Shown: positions 25,004 through 33,483, numbered from the stretch's first letter. The stretch is 50,328 nt of DNA from a virus (IMGVR_UViG_3300037200_000052:1-50328); one strand, 5' to 3'. Notes: generated by a model from the sequence alone, not told the origin. Made by a program: numbers and translations.

Positions 25004-25848
25004 TTCTTTTTACCTGGTGAACACGTCTCGAAAAGATACTTGGACAGAAACCCGCGTCCATAACACCGTGTGCAATTCTTGGTGTTCAATCCCCGGCAGA
25101 CATCGCACACGGCATGGGGAATCATCTGTTTCAGGGAAAATCGCAGGGCTTCAATGTCGCTCATGGTCGTATTGGAAAGCTCTCGACTGGCCGGCTCTCG
25201 TTTGTTTGGAGGACAATCCAGATCGCCCACCATGGCCTTCACTTCACCAAGCATCGACCACACCTTCTTGCCGAGTTCCTCTGCTGTCCGCCAGTCCAAC
25301 AAAATCTTTTCGGGAATCGGTGTCCCAAGTTTGTCGAGTTGGATAATGGGTTTTTCTTCGATTTTGGCAGCAGCCTCTTTGACTTCGGTTTTTGCAGCCT
25401 CAATATCCTTTGGTTTGCCACTCTTCGCGCGGGCCAAAATATCGACCTGTTTTGCCGTTGGAATGCCATCCAGAATCTTGCGGGTGGCTGGCGCCAAATT
25501 CTCCACTTTTGCTAAGGTTTCGGGGGTGCCGGGTGCAACTAATTGCACCGCAGTTTTGTCATCCAAAAGCGCTTTTAGTTCGACAATTCGTTGACCCGTT
25601 TTGTAGAGTTGTCGCGCCCATTCCTCGGTGAAACCGCATGATTCCACAAAGTCCTTCCAAGTGTCATGGTGGAGCTTCCACACGCCCGTTGTTTTGGCTT
25701 CGTAATACACTTGGGAAAATAAAATCGTGTGTTTCGCCCAAGAACTGAGGGTCTGGTGAATGCGACGATAATCTTTTTCGGTTGCTGTTGCGGCGAGAGG
25801 GGATGGCATATCAATTCCTCTCGTTCTGCAATGTTTCGGCGGCGGCAA
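25000..25848 (-). CDS. Putative HTH DNA-binding protein with C-terminal Zn finger
   Basis: WKLHHDTWKDFVESCGFTEEWARQL (HTH-like); CDVC...CTRC.GRG; contains the 66-bp duplicated site. Confidence 0.7.
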   Translation of the reverse strand: MPPPKHCRTRGIDMPSPLAATATEKDYRRIHQTLSSWAKHTILFSQVYYEAKTTGVWKLHHDTWKDFVESCGFTEEWARQLYKTGQRIVELKALLDDKTAVQLVAPGTPETLAKVENLAPATRKILDGIPTAKQVDILARAKSGKPKDIEAAKTEVKEAAAKIEEKPIIQLDKLGTPIPEKILLDWRTAEELGKKVWSMLGEVKAMVGDLDCPPNKREPASRELSNTTMSDIEALRFSLKQMIPHAVCDVCRGLNTKNCTRCYGRGFLSKYLFETCSPGKKK

Positions 25849-26038
25849 TTATCTCATCGACTTGTTGTTGACCCCACAACTTGTAATGCTTTCGCATCCA
25901 ATCCCACCGAGGCCCTGCTCCATCCTTGTGATCGCGAACATCTCGGAAACCCAAACCCTTATCTAGTATGTCAGCTCTGCATCCCGCCGAATCGTCCACA
26001 GACACAATCATTGTCAGTATCTCCTTGGCGTACATCAT
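25811..26038 (-). CDS. Hypothetical protein
   Basis: 75-aa ORF collinear with the operon. Confidence 0.5.
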   Translation of the reverse strand: MMYAKEILTMIVSVDDSAGCRADILDKGLGFRDVRDHKDGAGPRWDWMRKHYKLWGQQQVDEIIAAAETLQNERN

Positions 26039-26057
26039 GTGAATTTCCGGTAGTGGG

Positions 26058-26414
26058 CTACTTTGTATACAGCGTTTCTTTTTCCTTTACCGAAATGAAT
26101 GCCAAGGCACTAATTTCAGCGGGCGGCTCATTTCCCCAATGTTCTGTATATTCTTCCCCACAATTCAGCCTTTCGTCGGGCCATAGCTGACAAAACGATT
26201 GATGTCTATCAAGCGTGCGCAGATGCAGGTGAATCGTCTGGCACCGCAGGCATCGTTTAATCGTCTCTGCCGAGCCATCAAACACCGTGTTGATTCTGGC
26301 GTAATGCTGACCCTTCGGTATAGACTCTTTACAGGCATCACAGGTATGAGCCTTATTCGCCTTCACCGATTTCTCGTTATAAACAGCGTATTGTTCGTCG
26401 CATTCGTAGCTCAT
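26058..26414 (-). CDS. Zn-finger hypothetical protein
   Basis: KANKAHTCDACKESIPKGQHY...CLRC; flanked by 18-bp inverted repeats. Confidence 0.75.
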   Translation of the reverse strand: MSYECDEQYAVYNEKSVKANKAHTCDACKESIPKGQHYARINTVFDGSAETIKRCLRCQTIHLHLRTLDRHQSFCQLWPDERLNCGEEYTEHWGNEPPAEISALAFISVKEKETLYTK

Positions 26415-26470
26415 TTTTAACCTTCAATTCTCAAAATAGCCCACTACCGAATTTCCCCCACTCTGAAAAG

Positions 26471-26569
26471 ACAACCCGGTCGCGTCAAGCTGGTCGCAAG
26501 AATGGAATGGGGTGAGGCCCACACTCCTGCGCGACCGGGTTGTAAATTGTTGATTGAAGCGACCAGCTT
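26471..26569 (-). ncRNA. Putative structured leader / attenuator RNA
   Basis: Two interleaved perfect inverted repeats: 14 bp (26471-84 / 26530-43) and 11 bp (26487-97 / 26559-69). Confidence 0.45.
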
Positions 26570-26605
26570 TCATCTCCCCCACCCTCTCACAAAATTCTAT
26601 TTCCT

Positions 26606-26710
26606 GTCAACGCCTTTCATGGAATCCTGCAACTCAAACCTTGGTACATGCCCGCCAAAAACATCACGGCATCGACGTCAACGCCTTTCATGGAATCCTG
26701 CAACTCAAAT
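26606..26710 (+). CRISPR. CRISPR-like mini-array (repeat-spacer-repeat), unconfirmed
   Basis: GTCAACGCCTTTCATGGAATCCTGCAACTCAAA(C/T) at 26606-26639 and 26677-26710 around a unique 37-bp spacer. No cas genes. Confidence 0.4.
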
Positions 26711-27021
26711 CTCCACACCATTGCCCGACGGATCATGTCCACCGTGGATTGAAGTGTCACATCCTTGGGTTGGACGTAAATTATCCTCCAACCCATTTGA
26801 GCCAGTTCGTTCAGCTTCTCGTATTCCTTGAGCAACGCGGCCCCTTGGGTGTGCCGGCCTCTCACGAACAATCCCCCTTGGACTTCCACCGCCACACGTT
26901 CAGCCGGGAAAGCGATGTCCAGTTTCCACTTACGATCTTTATGAAATTTGTATTCAAATATCGGCGTAGGCAATCCACATTGTTCGTAGTACGCTGTGAC
27001 GATCTTCGTGTTGTACTTCAT
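26617..27021 (-). CDS. PD-(D/E)XK / Vsr-like endonuclease
   Basis: EYKFHKDRKWKLDIAFP..VAVEVQGG...KLNELAQMGWRII. Likely start MKYNTK. Confidence 0.8.
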   Translation of the reverse strand: MKYNTKIVTAYYEQCGLPTPIFEYKFHKDRKWKLDIAFPAERVAVEVQGGLFVRGRHTQGAALLKEYEKLNELAQMGWRIIYVQPKDVTLQSTVDMIRRAMVWRFELQDSMKGVDVDAVMFLAGMYQGLSCRIP

Positions 27022-27025
27022 CTCA

Positions 27026-27631
27026 CTACCCTTTCGTCCCTGGCTTGGGCGAGTCGAGGAAGGAGGCTCTTTTGCGGGCGATCTCATCGGCAAGTGGCCT
27101 TAAGACTTCCAAGTCGTACTCATCAATGCCAGTGAAATCAATCGCACCATATGCCTTCAATACATCCTCAGCCACCTGCTTTTGGTCATGTGCCCTGATG
27201 AACGTGGCGACGGCCAAATAATATCCCCTACGAAACTCACTCACTCCAAATCCACCTCGCTTGTCCTTCTCTTTTGCCGTGCTCGGGCAGTCACCACGTT
27301 TGTTCCTGACCAGCATTTCGGTCAGGTGTTCGTGGAGGGCTTCCAACTCCTTAACCTTTGCCGCCAGCGTGAAAGCATCTTGGCCGTGGGCGCGGGTGTG
27401 CTCGACGATTATTTTCGCACACTCCTTCCTGATTTCACCCGGTGCTGAATGAGCACTTCGGTGATGATAGACAAGTTCTGCCGCCTCCATCTCCTGCTTC
27501 GTCGGCTCCCCCGTGCAAGGCTGGCTGAGTGCGGCGAGGTCGGATTCAGCGGCTAAGGCACGGCGCTTCCACATATCAAGTTCACTTTCTAGTGATTCCC
27601 TTTGATCGTACTTCAGTTGTTCATAGTCCAT
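27026..27631 (-). CDS. Hypothetical protein
   Basis: 201-aa ORF with GGAG upstream. Confidence 0.65.
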   Translation of the reverse strand: MDYEQLKYDQRESLESELDMWKRRALAAESDLAALSQPCTGEPTKQEMEAAELVYHHRSAHSAPGEIRKECAKIIVEHTRAHGQDAFTLAAKVKELEALHEHLTEMLVRNKRGDCPSTAKEKDKRGGFGVSEFRRGYYLAVATFIRAHDQKQVAEDVLKAYGAIDFTGIDEYDLEVLRPLADEIARKRASFLDSPKPGTKG

Positions 27632-27661
27632 CAGTCTCTCCCTTGGTCTTGGTGTTCAGGG

Positions 27662-28339
27662 TCATCGTAGCCCACCGCCCGAAGGACATGGGGCGTTGAG
27701 GATGGCGTGTAGACATCTCTGCCCAATTTCACCGACTGTTTGGTCGTTCAATCCTATCTCTTTTAGATAGGCCGCACCACACGCCTCTCTCTGCAACCGA
27801 CAAGCCTCCGCCCTGCGCTGCTCCACCGTCTCTGCCGTTGCGGGAGGAGTCAGGGAAGCGAGTTGTTCCTTCAGCCTGTTCGTGTGACTGATGAACATCT
27901 CACGCTCTTGGTTGCAGTAAGACAATCGTCGTATCAGGTTCTCCACGCAAGTCATTGCTGGCATGTCCTCTTGCCAACCGCAGATCGTACAGGTTTTGAG
28001 CCCGCTATCGACCGCCACATCCAGCTTGTGTTTGGCCTCATACTTCGCCCGCGTGAGGGAGGCGACTTCGTAAGCCAACTTTCTGAAGTCATCGTAAGTT
28101 TCAGGTTTGTACAAGTGTATGGCAGGTGTATTAGTAGCCAGCCACTTTTCCACAAAGAGTTTCACATCCTCCCCCACCGGCTGCTTGTCAGCCTCGGCTT
28201 GGGAGTACTCAAGTACACTTCGGATTACCGCCTCCAAAGCATCACGAGCGACAACTGTGTCGATGACGCGGCGCCCTTCCCGCTGGTATCGGTCTGCCAA
28301 TTCTCTCACGGTCTGTTCGTTGATCGGTTTCGTGGTCAT
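27662..28339 (-). CDS. Hypothetical protein
   Basis: Likely start MTTKPIN overlapping the upstream stop; CTIC motif. Confidence 0.65.
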   Translation of the reverse strand: MTTKPINEQTVRELADRYQREGRRVIDTVVARDALEAVIRSVLEYSQAEADKQPVGEDVKLFVEKWLATNTPAIHLYKPETYDDFRKLAYEVASLTRAKYEAKHKLDVAVDSGLKTCTICGWQEDMPAMTCVENLIRRLSYCNQEREMFISHTNRLKEQLASLTPPATAETVEQRRAEACRLQREACGAAYLKEIGLNDQTVGEIGQRCLHAILNAPCPSGGGLR

Positions 28340-28593
28340 GGGGTCACTCCAAACTTTCTCTCGCATTTTTGCATCCGTCGCTTGGCGGAATCCATTTCCG
28401 AACATGCTTCGTCAAACTTGTCTTGGGCGCGCAGAACCAGAAACGCTCTCGCGTCGCTCATGGCATCGAAAAAGTGGTGACGAATAGTTCCGTCCGCGAA
28501 TGTGTCTGGGACTTTGTTCCATGGCTTGATTGTGTCCTGCCAATTATCTACCTTGAAGGCGTATATGTGGGCCTTATCATATTCGTCACTCAT
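28336..28593 (-). CDS. Hypothetical protein
   Basis: 85 aa with AAGGAG upstream. Confidence 0.65.
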   Translation of the reverse strand: MSDEYDKAHIYAFKVDNWQDTIKPWNKVPDTFADGTIRHHFFDAMSDARAFLVLRAQDKFDEACSEMDSAKRRMQKCERKFGVTP

Positions 28594-29041
28594 GTCTTGT
28601 CTCCTTGGGGTTCGTCGTCAGTCCAGCGGCCAGTAGCAAGACCACAGCGATGGCGAGTGATGGAGATTTGGATTCGTGATTGTACGTCCGCATCACCGAG
28701 CCGTCCGGTTTCCACAGCGAGAAACCATGCAAGCCAGTCAAGCCGTCATACGTCAATTCCCAGTTCCAGTCCTTCTTTGCCTGCAACAACGGAGCGATGG
28801 CATCCAGGGATGAGGCGTAGTCTGGCACCGGCATTCCCTCAACCTGACTTCCACAGCCCTCGCTATGAATGTCATGCTTCTCATCAAACGCAACAAATGC
28901 TGACGCAACTTCTCTGTCGCATTTTGGACAATACCAACCTTCGGTTTGCAGCCCCTCCATCTCCGCCATCATCCGATTGAAAGCCTCGTGGTTACCGGAC
29001 TCGGCCAGTTTTGCGGCATCTAGGATTGCTTGAAGGGTCAT
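28586..29041 (-). CDS. Hypothetical protein (phage ABA-sandwich-like, with Zn ribbon)
   Basis: VPDYASSLDAIAPLL...PSLAIA pattern; CPKC. Confidence 0.55.
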   Translation of the reverse strand: MTLQAILDAAKLAESGNHEAFNRMMAEMEGLQTEGWYCPKCDREVASAFVAFDEKHDIHSEGCGSQVEGMPVPDYASSLDAIAPLLQAKKDWNWELTYDGLTGLHGFSLWKPDGSVMRTYNHESKSPSLAIAVVLLLAAGLTTNPKETRHE

Positions 29042-29043
29042 GG

Positions 29044-29250
29044 CTAGATGTTGAATCCTCTCACGTTTTCCGGACTGAAATACTTGCTGGTTGAACCGCC
29101 CAAATTTGAATCCTTGACCTCAATCTTGCACCCGACTCCCTGCACAATCCGGGTCTGACCGCATTGGCCTGACCTCATCTCGGCTTGTACGGCGCGGCGT
29201 AGGTCGCCGGGGAGATCCTCAAGCGGAATCCATTCCCATTCGGTAATCAT
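29044..29250 (-). CDS. Hypothetical protein
   Basis: 68 aa; ATGA-coupled to the ATPase gene. Confidence 0.5.
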   Translation of the reverse strand: MITEWEWIPLEDLPGDLRRAVQAEMRSGQCGQTRIVQGVGCKIEVKDSNLGGSTSKYFSPENVRGFNI

Positions 29251-30644
29251 GGTTTTAGTTTGCCTCCTTCGACCACAAACACACCCACATCATCAGGAAT
29301 CAATGCCGGTTTCTCCCCCACAATCGTTGCCAAGATCGTGCTTTGCCGTTCTTTCGCACCCTCAATGATTTTGAATACATCCACACCCAGGGACTCCGCA
29401 CGATCCAGCAATTCAATTGGAGCCGTATCAGGGTACATCTGAGATAAGGCCAATCCCAACCGTTGATGTTGCGAGGTTGAAATCAGGGCGTTCGCTGTTC
29501 CCTCGAAAAGAAAATCTCCGTCCTCATCGAACGACAATCCTTTGATGCCGGAATCTTCCGCGATTTGAGCTAACTTTTTCGCCTTGAGAAGTTTGATCTC
29601 TCGTCCCCGTTCTTTGTTCAACCCCAGTAGATCGTTGTCGTTCTTGCGTTGCTCGACTCGGCGCATGTTCTCGACATACTGCGAAACTCGTACCTCTTGA
29701 GCAGCGGCTTCCTTGAGTTTTTCTTCCAAGTCAGACAGGTCAAGCGGCTTGGCGATCTTCGCTTTCAACTCGTTTGCTTGAGCAGTCAGATCCGGGAGTG
29801 CGTTGACTTCGGCGGTCAATGTCTCAACCTGTGTACGCAATGTCTGACAACTGCCGTCGATCTTCGTGCGTTTGTCGATGGCACTCTCAAGCTCTTTGCG
29901 GAGCCGGACAATCGTGGCTTCAATATCGGTGAAATCAGACTCCGCTATCGTCAACGAGTTCTTGGCTTCCCGCAATTCTTTCCGTTTTCCCGACTGCCAT
30001 TCGAGTCGCAGACCGTCCAACTGTTTCTGCCATTCCTCAATCTGGACACCGTGAACCCTTCGACGGGATTCCATCTCGGCCTTGATCGGGGCCGTGTCGA
30101 TGGCTAGTACCGGAGTCTCGTCAATGTCTCCGTACCCGGCGATCTTGGCTTCCAACATCCGGTTTTGATCGTCCAAATCCTTCTTCTCAGCGTCCAACTC
30201 CCCGGTGTCGATGTTCAGGAGAGAAATGAAGTATTGTTTCCGGTCAGTTGGCCCCATGCGTTTGAGAAAATCGCCGTCCTGCAAAAACGGGTTGCCGAAT
30301 ATCTCGCGCAACTGGGCGACGGGTTTCGGTACTGTTATCGGAGAGTTGTCCCTGAGAAACACGATCTCTAGCGCCTTGGTCAATCCGTCCTTGGGATCGA
30401 CGTAGAACTCGCGTGTAATAGAACCGCCTTCGATGTCCAGCTTTACGAATCCTTCCTTGGTCTCGTGTCTCAGGATGTCCGGTGGAAACGCTCCTCCGCG
30501 TAGGAGGTTGATGGCTGTACTCGTAGCGGTGGTCTTGCCCTGCCTCGTTGCACCAAAGAAGCAAATCAGGGATTTGTTGAACGGGTATTCGATGTCGGAT
30601 ACCGGGCCGATGTTGTGGATCGTGAGTTTGATGGGGCGAATCAT
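29247..30644 (-). CDS. SMC/Rad50-like ABC ATPase
   Basis: LTIHNIG, Walker A GATRQGKT, long coiled coil, ISTSQ signature and LLDRAE Walker B. Confidence 0.85.
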   Translation of the reverse strand: MIRPIKLTIHNIGPVSDIEYPFNKSLICFFGATRQGKTTATSTAINLLRGGAFPPDILRHETKEGFVKLDIEGGSITREFYVDPKDGLTKALEIVFLRDNSPITVPKPVAQLREIFGNPFLQDGDFLKRMGPTDRKQYFISLLNIDTGELDAEKKDLDDQNRMLEAKIAGYGDIDETPVLAIDTAPIKAEMESRRRVHGVQIEEWQKQLDGLRLEWQSGKRKELREAKNSLTIAESDFTDIEATIVRLRKELESAIDKRTKIDGSCQTLRTQVETLTAEVNALPDLTAQANELKAKIAKPLDLSDLEEKLKEAAAQEVRVSQYVENMRRVEQRKNDNDLLGLNKERGREIKLLKAKKLAQIAEDSGIKGLSFDEDGDFLFEGTANALISTSQHQRLGLALSQMYPDTAPIELLDRAESLGVDVFKIIEGAKERQSTILATIVGEKPALIPDDVGVFVVEGGKLKP

Positions 30645-31594
30645 ATTTTGTTTCCTTCCCGATCAACTTCGTAACACTTTCCACCGGTTACGCCTTTGGC
30701 CTTGATCTTCTGTGGGTATGAGCCGTCCGGATGGACTACAATGTCTTGTAGCTTGATGGGACATGCCACAAATTTCTCAGCCGCAGCATTAAATTCCAAG
30801 GTCATTGAAGGGCACGGAGAGAAGTGAAGGCCACCGCCACACTCAACTTTACCACCGTCCCAATCCGGCGCTACCGGTGATGTGCCCGGTTTGTAGCTTG
30901 TGCCTTTTGGAGAAACCCAATCTTTGTTGACCCCTTTGAAAACGACAGCGATTGACTTCGTAACTTTTACACCCCAGAACAAGCACCACTCTTTTGCTGT
31001 CTTGGGTTTAACAGCGATGTGTTTTTGACCTCCCTCGATTGCCTCATTCGATCCGTGTACAATTACAATGACACTGGCGGCACACTTGACTTTTACGGCT
31101 GAGAAAAGGCGAATGAAAACATTTCCCCACGCCACGACGTGCGAGCTTTCCCACGCCACGACGTGCGAGCTTTCCCGCGCCTCGACGTGCGAGCTTTCCC
31201 ACGCCTCGACGTGCGAGCTTTCCCGCGCCTCGACGTGCGAGCTTCCCCACGCCACGACGTGCGAGCTTCCCCACGCCTCGACGTGCGAGCTTTCCCGCGC
31301 CTCGACGTGCGAGCTTTCCCGCGCCTCGACGTGCGAGCTTTCCCACGCCTCGACGTGCGAGCTTCCCCGCGCCTCGACGTGCGAGCTTCCCCACGCCTCG
31401 ACGTGCGAGCTTCCCCACGCCACGACGTGCGAGCTTTCCCACGCCTCGACGTGCGAGCTTCCCCGCGCCTCGACGTTTACGTTGCTTGGAGTGGAAACTG
31501 TAATCCACAAATGCGCACTGGCAATAATTCGTATTTCCAAATGGCCGGCCTTAACGGCTGCATCAAATTCCATCTGTGTGGTAACTTCAATCAT
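30641..31594 (-). CDS. Protein with 8-aa tandem repeats (beta-solenoid-like)
   Basis: Fourteen SSHV(E/V)A(W/R)(E/G) units (24-bp repeats, ~31125-31476); C-terminal ECGGGLHF domain. Confidence 0.85.
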   Translation of the reverse strand: MIEVTTQMEFDAAVKAGHLEIRIIASAHLWITVSTPSNVNVEARGSSHVEAWESSHVVAWGSSHVEAWGSSHVEARGSSHVEAWESSHVEARESSHVEARESSHVEAWGSSHVVAWGSSHVEARESSHVEAWESSHVEARESSHVVAWESSHVVAWGNVFIRLFSAVKVKCAASVIVIVHGSNEAIEGGQKHIAVKPKTAKEWCLFWGVKVTKSIAVVFKGVNKDWVSPKGTSYKPGTSPVAPDWDGGKVECGGGLHFSPCPSMTLEFNAAAEKFVACPIKLQDIVVHPDGSYPQKIKAKGVTGGKCYEVDREGNKI

Positions 31595-31863
31595 AGTGGC
31601 AATTCCTCCGCTTGAACCTTCTCGATGTCATCCAGCCAGTAATACAATGTCCCGTTGTAGTCCGATGCCCGGACTGTGCACGACACTTTCTGGCCGGTCT
31701 GGTACAGGTTGATCGCTTTTTGTGTGTAGTACATTCGTCCGTCATTCTCGAATTCCACGCGGAACGCCTTCCTGCCTTCCGGTGGATGAGACCAAGCCCG
31801 GATTGTCTTTTCGACCAGACAGGTCTCGCCGTCTTCAAGCTGGTCGATGCGTTTGTTAATCAT
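31591..31863 (-). CDS. Hypothetical protein
   Basis: Likely start MINKRID; coupled to both neighbours. Confidence 0.55.
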   Translation of the reverse strand: MINKRIDQLEDGETCLVEKTIRAWSHPPEGRKAFRVEFENDGRMYYTQKAINLYQTGQKVSCTVRASDYNGTLYYWLDDIEKVQAEELPL

Positions 31864-32185
31864 GTGGTTTGTAATCGCCTTCTTGTTCCTCCGGGAAAAA
31901 ACAGTCAACGGCCTTCCCTTGGTAAACCGCCTTGTAACACCATCCAAATCCCGACACCTTCTCAAATCCAATTTGTTTCAGGGCTTGCCACAAAGCCTCC
32001 AGGTTGATCTCTTTCACCTGTCGAATTCGATAAAACAGGATGTCGCAGTCTTTTCGCGTTCCCTCTTTGTAGAGAAGTCCTCCGGTCAGCGCGACATGAC
32101 ACCCAAACTCCGGGCAGATGGATTCGATCTTTTTGCACAGGTCAACAGCTTCGGATTGCGTCCAGCGTATCGGGTAATCGCTCAT
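31856..32185 (-). CDS. Minimal nucleotidyltransferase-like protein
   Basis: VALTGGLL....RKDCDIL (hG[GS]...DxD) plus a later VD. Confidence 0.6.
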   Translation of the reverse strand: MSDYPIRWTQSEAVDLCKKIESICPEFGCHVALTGGLLYKEGTRKDCDILFYRIRQVKEINLEALWQALKQIGFEKVSGFGWCYKAVYQGKAVDCFFPEEQEGDYKPHD

Positions 32186-32544
32186 CTGAACCCCATTGCC
32201 TGTTTCGCCATTGAAAGTAAACTCCTTCGTGTTTCAACCCTCGCAGACCAGTACGCCCATTCGTCAATCAGTTCCCGCGCCCGTTCATAGTCCCGTTTCT
32301 CTTGCTCGATCTCTTTCAAATACTCCGGGTTCGTCCTGGCGAATTCATCGGCGTCAGCCTGAGATTTCTTGGTCTCTCGTTCCAGTTTGTAATACTTCGC
32401 TTTGATCGCCTTGAGTCGTACCTCGACAAACTTCTCTTGGGCAATCTGCCGGGCTTTGCTGAGAGCGTGGAGTCGTTTCTTTACTTCTGACTCCGCGCTC
32501 TCTAGCTCGGCCCGAATCTTGGCGATGTCGTCGGCGTCAAACAT
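32182..32544 (-). CDS. Coiled-coil hypothetical protein
   Basis: 120 aa, helical and charged. Confidence 0.65.
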   Translation of the reverse strand: MFDADDIAKIRAELESAESEVKKRLHALSKARQIAQEKFVEVRLKAIKAKYYKLERETKKSQADADEFARTNPEYLKEIEQEKRDYERARELIDEWAYWSARVETRRSLLSMAKQAMGFR

Positions 32545-32546
32545 GG

Positions 32547-33275
32547 TCAGAAAGGAATTTGCTCCTCTTCTTCGGCTGGTGCGCCCTGCGCTGCTTCCTC
32601 ATCAGTCGGTGGCTTCGACGACGCAGCTTCCTCGTGAGTATGCGAAGCGGCCTCGACTTTTGGACGCGAGAAATAACCTTTCAGGTACGCCTGCAACTCT
32701 ACGTCAATTGCGACGGCCTGTTTGTTCGTATCTTCGGCGCAATCCACCAAGAAGAAACACGGCGTCTTGAATTCAACGGCGCCCTTCTTTCCGTCCTTGC
32801 TCCCCTTGATCCGCACGGCCTTCTTGTAAAGGTCGGCTCCGCTGGCCTTCTCGAAGTCCATCCAGGCTCTCAGGGCCGCACCCTTAAACTGGATAGACCC
32901 AAGCACAAGTTGGCCCTCAGCGTTCTTGTAAGCCAGATAACAGTTCAGAGTAAAATCTCCACCGTGGGCGTTCACCCTGTCTTTGATGCCGGCGTAGATG
33001 CCCTCGGCCAGCAATCCCCCCTTGAATGATTTGACAACGAACGGTTCCTGTCGAGTGTCCCGGACTTCGTTGGAATAGATAATGCTCTGGGACTTCTCGT
33101 GCCAGCCACGTATCGAACCGAGCCGATCCAGCAGGATGAACGTCAAATCAGCGGGCAATTCCACGTATTTCTTTTCGGTCTTGTCGTAGTAGCCCGGCAC
33201 GCCTTTCGTGCCATCCCACTCAAACCATCGAGTACAGGGATTTGGGCTGTTGCTAGTAGGATTGCTTCGGCTCAT
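32547..33275 (-). CDS. Putative single-stranded DNA-binding protein
   Basis: Acidic tail ending EEEEQIPF, typical of SSB C-termini. Confidence 0.65.
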   Translation of the reverse strand: MSRSNPTSNSPNPCTRWFEWDGTKGVPGYYDKTEKKYVELPADLTFILLDRLGSIRGWHEKSQSIIYSNEVRDTRQEPFVVKSFKGGLLAEGIYAGIKDRVNAHGGDFTLNCYLAYKNAEGQLVLGSIQFKGAALRAWMDFEKASGADLYKKAVRIKGSKDGKKGAVEFKTPCFFLVDCAEDTNKQAVAIDVELQAYLKGYFSRPKVEAASHTHEEAASSKPPTDEEAAQGAPAEEEEQIPF

Positions 33276-33424
33276 GGCTTCTTCTCCTTTTTGGGCTTGT
33301 TCCAGTATGGACTATGACAGTTGGGGCAGACGGTTGGTCTGACGTTGCGTTGAGTTGTCCAGTGATGTTCGCAGCGTAGACAGTAACACTGGATTACCGT
33401 CACCCGAATTGCTTTGGCAGGCAT
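33272..33424 (-). CDS. Small Zn-ribbon protein, first gene of the replication operon
   Basis: CLRCEHHW...PTVCPNCHSPYWN; ATG 6 nt after the -10 box. Confidence 0.75.
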   Translation of the reverse strand: MPAKAIRVTVIQCYCLRCEHHWTTQRNVRPTVCPNCHSPYWNKPKKEKKP

Positions 33425-33430
33425 GACCCG

Positions 33431-33459
33431 ACTATATGACCCGGCTGAAACGGAGTCAA
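33431..33459 (-). promoter_or_regulatory. Sigma70 promoter, leaderless
   Basis: TTGACT-17-TATAGT; CGGGTCAT direct repeats at the -10 box and start codon. Confidence 0.75.
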
Positions 33460-33483
33460 CAACTATTTTAGACAAAATCGAAA

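Noticed and set aside
14838-25550. Diversity-generating retroelement template/variable repeat pair
   Set aside because: The copies are identical with no adenine-specific mismatches, and no reverse transcriptase motif was found.
31125-31476. 24-bp array as a CRISPR or guide-RNA array
   Set aside because: The units are contiguous, have no unique spacers and keep the frame of a protein with ordinary flanking domains.
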